Below are positions 33,102-41,463 of a stretch of DNA of 64,000 bases, piece by piece. Origin of the DNA: Synechococcus sp. (GTDB lineage: Bacteria; Cyanobacteriota; Cyanobacteriia; PCC-6307; Cyanobiaceae); NCBI GenBank assembly GCA_047284725.1, contig JBJBEO010000001.1, forward strand, positions 1,912,203 through 1,976,202, given 5' to 3'. The notes beneath the pieces were generated by a model. It ran no database searches and was not told the DNA's origin. It saw nothing but the letters and a program-made list of their open reading frames with translations. How positions within the stretch are numbered: position 1 is the stretch's first letter; the number at the start of each line of letters is the position of its first letter. A program made the translations under genes and the position numbers.

Positions 33102-33110
33102 CGGGGCCGA

Positions 33111-33917
33111 TCAGGCGTCGAGGGCGATCAGTGCTCCTTCCAGCACCAAACGGGTAATGCCCCGCGCCAACAGATACCTCGTGGTGAGCGTGAACACACT
33201 GGTATCGGGAACCCGTATCACCCGTTGTTGACGACCGCACTGACGCTTCGCTAAGCGAGGGCTGGCGTAAAGGCAGAGAGCCTGGCGTTCCCGGTCAGAG
33301 GAGTCGAGCGTGCCCAACTCAGGGAAATCACTGAGGGGGCGTGGGTCCAGTTCCACCACCTTGTCGACCAACATGTAGACGCTCTCTGGCAACACGCCTG
33401 GCCCCATGGGTTGGCAGACCAAAGGCTCGTGACTGTCCCCATGGCTGACCCCAGGCAGAATCGCCACTTCATGGAATTGGTTAGCGAAAGGGTCCTCGCC
33501 TTCAGAACCATCAATCTCGACGGAGGCGTCGCCTTCGCTGGCCTCGTTCTCATTGTCGTTGCCACCAAAATCATCGGCGTCATCAAGGGCAAGGGTGCGG
33601 CCATCCCCCTCTTCCTCAAACTTGTCTTCTGCGGTCACCACCGCGCCTGCAACCTGACGCGCTTCAGACTCAGAAGAGGCCTTCGCAACAACGGACGGAT
33701 GCGAGATCGGGGGGTCAGACTCTGAAACCACGAGGCCTTTGGCCCGCGCTGATTTCAAGGCGTCGTACTCGTCTGCGGGCAGGAGGTTTCGGACGGTGCG
33801 ACTGACTGTGTTGACGCTGCACTCAAAAGCATCCGCCAGGGCTGAACTCGGCTCTCCAGAGCGATAACGGGCGACAAGCTCCTGCTTCTGTGTGTCGTTA
33901 AGCCGACTCGCAGCCAT
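33111..33917 (-). CDS. Hypothetical protein with N-terminal helix-turn-helix and acidic linker
   Basis: HTH-like segment QKQELVARYRSGEPSSALADAFECSVNTVSRTVR; 268-aa ORF. Confidence 0.7.
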   Translation of the reverse strand: MAASRLNDTQKQELVARYRSGEPSSALADAFECSVNTVSRTVRNLLPADEYDALKSARAKGLVVSESDPPISHPSVVAKASSESEARQVAGAVVTAEDKFEEEGDGRTLALDDADDFGGNDNENEASEGDASVEIDGSEGEDPFANQFHEVAILPGVSHGDSHEPLVCQPMGPGVLPESVYMLVDKVVELDPRPLSDFPELGTLDSSDRERQALCLYASPRLAKRQCGRQQRVIRVPDTSVFTLTTRYLLARGITRLVLEGALIALDA

Positions 33918-33986
33918 TTCTTATTAGGCACAGTCTCCAACATTAGGTGCCGCCACTCCCGGACCTACTGCCAAAATGGCGCCGTT

Positions 33987-34060
33987 GCTCCCTTAGCTCA
34001 GCTGGATAGAGCAGCTGCCTTCTAAGCAGCCGGTCGTTGGTTCGAATCCAACAGGGGGCG
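33987..34060 (+). tRNA. tRNA-Arg (anticodon TCT)
   Basis: Full cloverleaf: acceptor GCTCCCT/AGGGGGC, D arm GCTC/GAGC, anticodon arm GCTGC-CT-TCT-AA-GCAGC, T arm GTTGG-TTCGAAT-CCAAC. Confidence 0.97.
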
Positions 34061-34072
34061 TTCAGTCACACC

Positions 34073-34106
34073 AATGGCTCTCGATCATGCTGAGAACCAT
34101 TTTTTT
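34073..34106 (+). terminator. Possible terminator after tRNA-Arg
   Basis: AATGGcTCTC...GAGAaCCATT (one mismatch) followed by a T run. Confidence 0.45.
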
Positions 34107-35102
34107 GTGTGGGCACTTAATGATTGTGCGCAGCTTGGTGCGCAGAAGTCCTGCAAAAAATCCGCCTCACCGCGGCAAAGCCGGGCAACAAATCGGCACA
34201 TTCCCTGCGGAAGCGCACTCACGAGCACCCGTCACAACATTTCCAGCTCGTTAGGAGCAGAGTGATGGCACCAATGCATCACCTGTCTCCCTTGAAGCAT
34301 GCAAAGGGTCGTGCCGAAGCTGCTACTCAAGGCCTGGTGCTGACGACTGATGCGCTGACTGCCATGGGTGTCAGGCATCGATGGTTTCGGTAATTGCGAT
34401 GAGACGCTTGGTGATCGCTTTGGGGAGCACCGCCAAGGCAATCGGGACCGTTGAGCGATCCCTTGCAGTCAAAGCTGCCTGATCGCTGAAAAAACGCCAA
34501 CCACAAAAAATTCACTTTTGATGGACGACACTTCAAAAGCAAGGATGGGAGGAATCACGCTTCCTTGTCCCACCTGGCTATTCGATCATTGATCGCCAAT
34601 TGAGATACCGCATAACGCCAAGCGATCAGAGTGCTCAGGCTTGCGCCAAAGGTGAGGAACACCAACAAAGCTTGCTTGACAGTCACAGCATGAGACTCGT
34701 GTATCCCGTCTTATAAGGCAGCGAAGCCTATTGGCGCTTTTGCTACCGAAACACAGCAAACCCACCATTCACGCCTCAACCGCTGCACTCTGGTTCAGAC
34801 GTGACTGCCTGAGGTGCTCCCTGCTTGCCTGTGGGCTTACGGAATGCCTTTTATGTTCCGTTAGTCACTCCCCAGATCTTCGATTAAGTCAGAGAGGTGT
34901 TCGAGCAGGTGGATACGCATCCATCTACTCGACGGAGACGAGATCATCGAGTCGTTGATACAACTTGAACAACGCCACCACCCGATCGGCGGTGGTCATC
35001 GGTTGTGAATGCTGTGGTGATCGACTAGTGCAGAGTGCGGCGCTGTCGATTCCCCCATTAGCTCACGAGTGATCCCTGCATGTTGCGAACACTTTTTGCT
35101 CG

Positions 35103-35189
35103 CTAGAGGAAATCTTCATCATCATCCACCTCAAACGCTTGCAAGGAAAGCCCCGCGACGACCAAGACAAGACCCAGGATTAAGCCCAT
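35103..35189 (-). CDS. Candidate 28-aa single-TM peptide with acidic tail
   Basis: Hand translation MGLILGLVLVVAGLSLQAFEVDDDEDFL*. Confidence 0.4.
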   Translation of the reverse strand: MGLILGLVLVVAGLSLQAFEVDDDEDFL

Positions 35190-35469
35190 GACCAAAAATT
35201 GAATATATAGCGACCATCCCAAACAGAGCGAGCCTCAGAAAGACTCAATAAATACCTTTTCTAAATTGCAGTGAATAAACCACAATCAAATGAGCATAAA
35301 CCCCTAAAGCGATCAATTTGTAGCTTCCGATGCATCCATGAGACGCCTAGCCCAATTAACACGAAAACGACCTCTGTCATCCACACATGGAACTAATCCT
35401 AGTGATTTCAGCAATAGCAGCCTCTTCACTCATGGCGCTCAAGATGACACCCAAAAAGGAGGCATCCCA

Positions 35470-35553
35470 ATGACGTTCACGAGCGCAACTCTTGCCGCCT
35501 CCGTTGCAATGACCAGTTTCTTCTACTGGCTCTTGTCACCAGCCATCAATTAG
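35470..35553 (+). CDS. Candidate 27-aa hydrophobic peptide
   Basis: MTFTSATLAASVAMTSFFYWLLSPAIN*, preceded by a perfect AAGGAGG 7 nt before the ATG. Confidence 0.5.
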   Translation: MTFTSATLAASVAMTSFFYWLLSPAIN

Positions 35554-35843
35554 GAGTCCCTCTTCCGAACGCCTTCCCATGCTTCCCGCCGTCGGCGTTA
35601 ACAACCAATTCACAGCTGGCCAAACCCGCCCTCAGGGCGCAGACCCGCCGACGGCTCTGACCATTTGATCAGTGTTTTGCCATCGCTGGGCGTGGTCTGC
35701 GCTGAACAGTTGTGCTTGAGGGTGCGGCCAGGGAAAGCCGATCCTGCCTGGGCTGAGCACAGCATCATGCCTAGTGGTAGTGCGCTGGCTTGCGCAAGGA
35801 CTATGACATCACTATGGATAGCAGCCGAACATCCGAGTAACCC

Positions 35844-36020
35844 CTAAAAAGCTTTTGTGTCGCCTTCCTCGTTCCCGTTGAGATGTGTAACCATGCACTT
35901 GGTGATGCAGGTCTTGTCGTCAAGATCGCACTCAGTAATGCACTCAAAGTAGCTATCGACCGTAAGCCACCTCTCGGTGATTGATGCAACGTTGTGCTCA
36001 TTCCTAAAGGTGTCTCTCAT
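35844..36020 (-). CDS. 58-aa Cys-rich small protein (not in ORF track)
   Basis: Hand translation MRDTFRNEHNVASITERWLTVDSYFECITECDLDDKTCITKCMVTHLNGNEEGDTKAF*, with purine-rich GGGAAGG just upstream. Confidence 0.7.
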   Translation of the reverse strand: MRDTFRNEHNVASITERWLTVDSYFECITECDLDDKTCITKCMVTHLNGNEEGDTKAF

Positions 36021-36167
36021 GGCCTTCCCAATTCAGGGCAATAGCCTATGAGTTTCTTTTTCTAGGATCAAATTAATCATTACGCGAAATAAAGTGCCTA
36101 GGCAATTATACTTTTTGCAATAATGATTCTCGCTTTAACGCAAGACGGCGTAGTTAGAGCCTGGCGT

Positions 36168-36222
36168 CAAAGCACTAGCTAGCTAGCACCTCCAGGGGGG
36201 GGGCTAGCTAGCTAGTGCTTTG
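36168..36222. repeat. Perfect 20-bp inverted repeat
   Basis: CAAAGCACTAGCTAGCTAGC (36168-36187) and GCTAGCTAGCTAGTGCTTTG (36203-36222), with a 15-nt spacer. Confidence 0.95.
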
Positions 36223-36468
36223 CTTTATGGCCCCCTTTCCGCGCCATCAACGCTCCAAAAGGACTCAACCCCCGACCGATAAGCCATCGAGACCCCTAAG
36301 CAGCAACAATGATCGCGTCGAGGAACAGGCCGCGGCCTACTGTCTTAGCGTTGAAAGGCGGAGGCCAAGGATGACACCTCCAAAACTCCAAGAAAGTGCG
36401 AATTTTATTTCACGAGAGCGCTGCAGACGACTTGGTGATGCTAAGGAGGCAATTGCGAGCACCAGTTT

Positions 36469-36852
36469 ATGTTTTCTAAAAAGATTGCAACCATTTCATT
36501 TTTTGGCATAAGCTCGTTTCTGCTCCATCCCGAGCCTGTCTATTCAAATGTCAATTATTGCGCTGGCATTGGCAGGCATCTTTCTGATGAAATAGCAAAA
36601 GGCAAGTCAGTCCCAGGATCTGGGCCCTACACCACCAACTGGTATATCCGACAATGGGTCTATAACGATTGCGAAACGAAGACAGGTAAAAGCCCATTCT
36701 CCTTTATGGACACCAAACCATCAAAGCCGATAACGGCGGAAGAGATTCAGGTAAAAAAACTTGAGCAGCAAAGACTTCGGGAACACAAAAGAAGGGCAGA
36801 GAAAAATTGCACCAACTTTATGGTTGTCAACGGACACAAAAGATGCATTTGA
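36469..36852 (+). CDS. Hypothetical protein, probably secreted
   Basis: 127-aa AT-rich ORF with a signal-peptide-like N-terminus (MFSKKIATISFFGISSFLL) and four Cys. Confidence 0.6.
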   Translation: MFSKKIATISFFGISSFLLHPEPVYSNVNYCAGIGRHLSDEIAKGKSVPGSGPYTTNWYIRQWVYNDCETKTGKSPFSFMDTKPSKPITAEEIQVKKLEQQRLREHKRRAEKNCTNFMVVNGHKRCI

Positions 36853-36994
36853 TGATCAACAAAATACCAGACTACCGCCCATTAGTTGAACGCATCTTTG
36901 ATCACTGACTCTGCATTGGCTGCCATTTCAGGCAGAAGCGTACTGGCTTGGCGCATGTATCTGGGTAGCTGTCCTCTTGCCCGTGGCCTAAGGA

Positions 36995-37240
36995 TCAAAC
37001 GTTTGGTGCCACAAAGGCAACCAACACGATGAACACGATCGCCGAGATGATGATCCAGATCCCGATCGGCGTCGATGCTCGCTCCCACCAGCCATGCATC
37101 CACCGCACATGCTGAGTGAGCCAGTGGAAGACGCAGGCACCGACGATTGAGCCACAGAACAGTGACCAGCCGCTAACAAAAATCCGTCCACACAGTTCCT
37201 TGTCGACGGCATCCCACTCACAAATGGGTCTGCCGCGCAT
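36995..37240 (-). CDS. Hypothetical small membrane protein
   Basis: Two hydrophobic segments, e.g. IGIWIIISAIVFIVLVAFVAP. Start uncertain. Confidence 0.4.
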   Translation of the reverse strand: MRGRPICEWDAVDKELCGRIFVSGWSLFCGSIVGACVFHWLTQHVRWMHGWWERASTPIGIWIIISAIVFIVLVAFVAPNV

Positions 37241-37770
37241 ATTGTCGGTCCCCAGCAGTTGAAACGCGATCAGTGCGAGATGCATTGTCTTCGGTTTGCT
37301 GCTGTTCCTCTCTAGATCGAAATTCAGCGAATGTCTCGTTTATTGAACAGAGGCGGCTTACTGCCTCTCCGGCAAGTCTGACCAGTCTGATCAATGTTGT
37401 GCCGTCGCTGCTGATGCTCTGCATGGAACAATTGTCCCCCTGGGCGCTGTCAGAGAGCCGTCAATCCTATGTGGGTTGAGCACGACGGCAACGCCACGGG
37501 GTTGGCGTCGTCGAGGGCAGGTCTTAAACGCGTGACTGATCATCCGCGTCACCAAACCTCTCGCCGCTGTGGAAATGAGACAGTTCATCATTGCCATGGC
37601 CCAAGGATGCAAAAGCGAGCAGACCAAGGGCAAGGCCGATTTTCCTTTTGCTTGGGCTCTGAGCGACAGTGGTCAGTGGCCTGCGCACCAATCTGCGCAC
37701 TTCCTGTACACGAACGGGAGTTTGTGTAGTCACAGCCTGCGATCTGAATGGCTGACCGATGGCCGTTGCG

Positions 37771-37804
37771 GCAGCCGGCCGTTGGTTCGACCCAAGAGGT
37801 GGAG
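37771..37804 (+). repeat. Degenerate direct repeat of the tRNA-Arg 3' half (att-like)
   Basis: GCAGCCGGCCGTTGGTTCGA-CCCAAGAGGTGGAG versus tRNA 34026-34060 GCAGCCGGTCGTTGGTTCGAATCCAACAGGGGGCG: 29/35 identical, 19 of the first 20. Confidence 0.85.
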
Positions 37805-38176
37805 TCCACACAACCCAGACAGCACTGAGCCCGCTCATGTCTCTCTGAGCGCTCGAACGCCGTACCAGCCTGTTCATCAACATCATGTCCAAGCGGTAGC
37901 CCAGAGCTGCGGCGAGACATTCCAAGCCTCAGGGGGCTAGATCCAAGCAGCCTGTAAGCCCAAAACAGAGGTGCTACCACACCCCTCAAACGACGTCTCG
38001 CGTACAGCCCTGCTTCTTCGTTATGATTGTTTACAATCTTGTCCACACGAGCGATAATGGCCTTCACCACCGCAGACGCAATCGCACTGTTCGCCAGCTT
38101 CGGCGTAGCGCTGTTTGCGCTGAACCTCTACAAACTGACGACCAGCACCAAGAGCTGATAATCCCAAGACAGGGCC

Positions 38177-38377
38177 ATGACGATCGACAGACGATGCAGA
38201 GAGCAGCAACGAGTTGCCAATGAGATCCTGATGGACTTCAAACACACGAAACCAGGCTCCCAGGAGCAATTTCGCTCGTTGAAGACCTTGTCATTCTTGA
38301 TTGGCATGTGGAGCAATTTCTTCAGGCGAGAAGAGACCCGCATGAACGCAGCCCTGGCCCTTGAAGAAAACAGTTAG
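38177..38377 (+). CDS. Hypothetical 66-aa protein
   Basis: MTIDRRCREQQ...MDFKHTKPGS...LSFLIGMW. It resembles a small picocyanobacterial hypothetical family from memory (unverified). Confidence 0.6.
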   Translation: MTIDRRCREQQRVANEILMDFKHTKPGSQEQFRSLKTLSFLIGMWSNFFRREETRMNAALALEENS

Positions 38378-39351
38378 GTCGTGATAAGCCCTGCAGCCGA
38401 TGCGACAACCAATCGGCACCGGCTACCAAAGAGAGATGGACTGATAGGCCAATGCAGAGCAGGTTGCAGCGTCGAGCCAATCTTCAATGCGTAGAGGAGA
38501 AAAAACATCCCCAGAGGGCCTTCAATCCAATGCGATGTAGCCAAAATCAAGCGAAGCGCGAGTCATTCAATTAGCCGACAGGCCTGTGGTGCGTCGAAAC
38601 TGGCAAATGTGATCCCATGGATCGCTCCAACATTATTTTCTCTGCCTGGCAGCGTCGGACCGCAGATTGAAGCTCTTCCACGACCTTTTCGAGGTGGCGC
38701 AGTCGTTCCTGGGGGGTAGAAAAAGTCATCGCAACTTAGGCTGGTTAGCGACCTTCCATCGCTTTTCAGCTTTGGCATCTATTCATTGAGTCAAGCAGCT
38801 AGACATCAGCGTCACATGAGCTGGCGCCAAGCTTCGACTGAGAGACCTGTTAGCTTGCATGCCAGATTCGCAGCATCCTCTCACCATTTCCGATGTTGCC
38901 AGTGTGCCGTGATCGACAGCACCAGTTGAGCCGATGCACACGCACACCGATTCGTCCCATCGCCCGGGTTGCATCACACTCTGGCCAAGAGCTGAAGATC
39001 TGAACAGACAAACGTCTCGCTTGTCAGCGACCTGACAGACATCAATAGCGAGTCAGTTGACCATCATCCAGACACAACACGGAACGGCCTCCAACAGCGC
39101 AACCAGGCATACGATTCCCTCAGGGTACGTACCCAATACCTCCCTCTCACAGCCATTCGCCTGCTTAAACGGAGTCATTACGCCAAGCTCTTCCTGAGAT
39201 GAAAACAAGGAGGTCGATCAGGCCCAGACAGAGCCTCGGAGACACCGGATCAGGAATCGCGACAACACCGAGATGCCGCGGAGGGAAAGCATCAACGCGC
39301 TTTTGATTCCAACAAATACATGATACCATCAATCAAAATATTCTCCCGCAA

Positions 39352-39834
39352 GTGAAGATTTCCAAGTCTACTTTTTTGGCATCATTCATTGCCGGAGTCA
39401 CCCTTTCAAGCTGCTTTTCTTCTCCCATCACTGACTGGAATACTTCGATCAAAGAGAGATTTTCTGACAAGGCATGGGCATCATCTTTGCAAGAGAAAAC
39501 ACAAAGGCTCCGTGAAACATGGGCGAGAGAAGCCGAGCAGAAGCAAACACAGGATTCAATCAAGTCTCGGCAAATCTCCCTGATCAAGGCTGATCACGAG
39601 AAAGCACTCAAAGCCTGGACTGCGCGCAGGAGATCGACCTGCGAGGCGATTGGCAACAACGATCTGACCTCATTGCCACAGATCATAGGGATGGAAGATG
39701 CTGGCTTTGAACTCAACCAATTGTCATGGGAGAAATGCCTGGAAAGCTACAGCGCCTATCAACCTCAACCTCAGCTAAAGGATTATTTTTATGCCGCTGG
39801 CCGCATCGATCTTTATCAAGATCTCAATCCTTGA
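39352..39834 (+). CDS. Hypothetical lipoprotein
   Basis: 160-aa ORF with a basic/hydrophobic N-terminus and lipobox-like LSSC. Confidence 0.6.
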   Translation: MKISKSTFLASFIAGVTLSSCFSSPITDWNTSIKERFSDKAWASSLQEKTQRLRETWAREAEQKQTQDSIKSRQISLIKADHEKALKAWTARRRSTCEAIGNNDLTSLPQIIGMEDAGFELNQLSWEKCLESYSAYQPQPQLKDYFYAAGRIDLYQDLNP

Positions 39835-39970
39835 GGTGCATCGCCACCTGTTGGAATCAGTGGCTGTACATTACGGGCAGTCGCGAGGACTGATGATAAT
39901 TTCGATGGCATCGCCGAATCCATCAAGCTTCTCAAGGATCTGCAGCACATTCAGACCGATTATCCAGAAC

Positions 39971-41410
39971 TCACGCCGAGGCTTGACTGAAGAGCAGCGC
40001 CGATTGAGGAGCTAGTTCCGAGGAGAGGGAGGCAGGCACCCCTACCAGCAATGTATCGCTGAGCTCCCCACCGATTGTTTGCCCCCCTGGTACAGAAGCG
40101 CCAAGGTTCAACGAATGCGTGCGGCTGCGATTCAGCACAACGCACAGCCCCGGCCCCTCACCAATCAGGCCATCCCTCCCCAGGCCCTGCCAGCGGAGGC
40201 CACGTTGCCTTAGCTCAGGCAGGCGGCTCCGCAAGGCCAACAGAGCACGAATGGTTCCGTGGAGTGAATCTGGCCAGGGTTCCTCCCAGGGCATCGCTTC
40301 TCGGCAACCAGGTTCTGCCCCACCCTGCAGACCCGCCTCAGTGCCGTAGTAAAGACATGGGGCCCCCAGTTGAAAGACCAACAACACCAGGGCCAGGGAA
40401 AGGGCTTTGGTGTCGCCTTGGAGAGTATGCAAGGCCCTGGGGACGTCGTGACTATCAAGCAGATTGAGCTGAGCGCGATTGACCTCAAGGCGGCCGCTGT
40501 TCATGCAGTCCTGCCAGATCGACAACAGGGCTTCGGTGTCCAGGGGCTGCAAGGGATAGAGAGGATTGGAATAGGTCCGGTCCAGCCGTCCGGCGGCAGC
40601 CCAGCAGAGACAGCTCCAACCCAGGCGGTAATTCATCACCCCATCAAATTGATCTCCGGCCAACCAGGCCCGGGCATCCCCCCAGATCTCCCCAACAATC
40701 CAAGCCTCAGGGTTCAAGGCCCGCGCCATCCGTCGGAAAGCGATCCAAAACGACGACGGCACTTCATCGGGCACATCCAGTCGCCAACCATCAATGCCCC
40801 GCTCCAACCAATGACGTCCCACCTCGAGCAGGTAGTCCTGCACCGGGGGGTGAAGATGGTTGAACTTCGGCAAGGCTGGATCATTCCACCAGCAGCTGTA
40901 TCCACAGGTCTCCCCCTCGGAGGGATAGGCCCGCAGCGGCCAGGCATGCACATGGAACCAATGGCGGTAGGGCGATCGCTCTCCGTTCTCAACCAGGTGA
41001 TGAAACGCCCAGAAGCCGCGGCCACAGTGGTTGAACACCCCATCCAGGATCAAACGCATCCTGCGGCGATGCACCTCCGTCAGGAGGGCATCAAACGCCG
41101 CATCACCACCGAGCAGGGGATCCACCTGCAGATAGTCGTAGGCGTGATAACGATGGTTGGCCGCTGAGCTGAAGATCGGTGTGAGGTAGAGGCAACTCAC
41201 CCCGAGGTCCTGCAGATAATCCAGGGCATTGCACACCCCCCACAAGTCGCCTCCTTGAAAGCCCTGAAGAGAGGGCTCACTCCCCCAGGGCATCCAGACA
41301 AGTCGATGAGGCGATCGGTCACCTCGGCGAAACCGATCCGGAAAGATCTGATACACCGCGGCATCGGCCACCCAGGCTGGCGGCAGGGCGAAATCATCTC
41401 TCAAGACCAA
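39971..41410 (-). CDS. GH13 glycosidase (neopullulanase/cyclomaltodextrinase-like)
   Basis: Motifs YQIFPDRF, DGVFNH, GWRLDVP, EIW and LLDSHD. Start uncertain but must lie below the glpK start at 41464. Confidence 0.88.
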   Translation of the reverse strand: MVLRDDFALPPAWVADAAVYQIFPDRFRRGDRSPHRLVWMPWGSEPSLQGFQGGDLWGVCNALDYLQDLGVSCLYLTPIFSSAANHRYHAYDYLQVDPLLGGDAAFDALLTEVHRRRMRLILDGVFNHCGRGFWAFHHLVENGERSPYRHWFHVHAWPLRAYPSEGETCGYSCWWNDPALPKFNHLHPPVQDYLLEVGRHWLERGIDGWRLDVPDEVPSSFWIAFRRMARALNPEAWIVGEIWGDARAWLAGDQFDGVMNYRLGWSCLCWAAAGRLDRTYSNPLYPLQPLDTEALLSIWQDCMNSGRLEVNRAQLNLLDSHDVPRALHTLQGDTKALSLALVLLVFQLGAPCLYYGTEAGLQGGAEPGCREAMPWEEPWPDSLHGTIRALLALRSRLPELRQRGLRWQGLGRDGLIGEGPGLCVVLNRSRTHSLNLGASVPGGQTIGGELSDTLLVGVPASLSSELAPQSALLFSQASA

Positions 41411-41463
41411 AGTCCTTTGCAGGAGCCGCTCTCCACGGCTAGCAATTGAAAAACGACTCGGCC

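Larger units (their letters stand above)
34061..39970. mobile_element. tRNA-Arg-anchored genomic island (degraded; no intact integrase seen)
   Basis: Abrupt fall in GC and coding density right after the tRNA, only short ORFs, and an internal partial tRNA repeat at 37771-37804. Right boundary approximate. Confidence 0.7.

Noticed and set aside
34232..34441. Short minus-strand ORF beside the tRNA as a possible integrase remnant
   Set aside because: No recognisable catalytic residues, only a vague likeness.
35801..36001. 66-aa ORF-track call
   Set aside because: It overlaps, in another frame, the more convincing Cys-motif ORF 35844-36020.
37588..38070. Minus-strand ORF next to the att-like repeat containing WAYR...LGH, reminiscent of a tyrosine-integrase C-terminus
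   Set aside because: There is no proper H-x-x-R motif and no catalytic Tyr after LGH. The resemblance is too weak to call without an HMM search.
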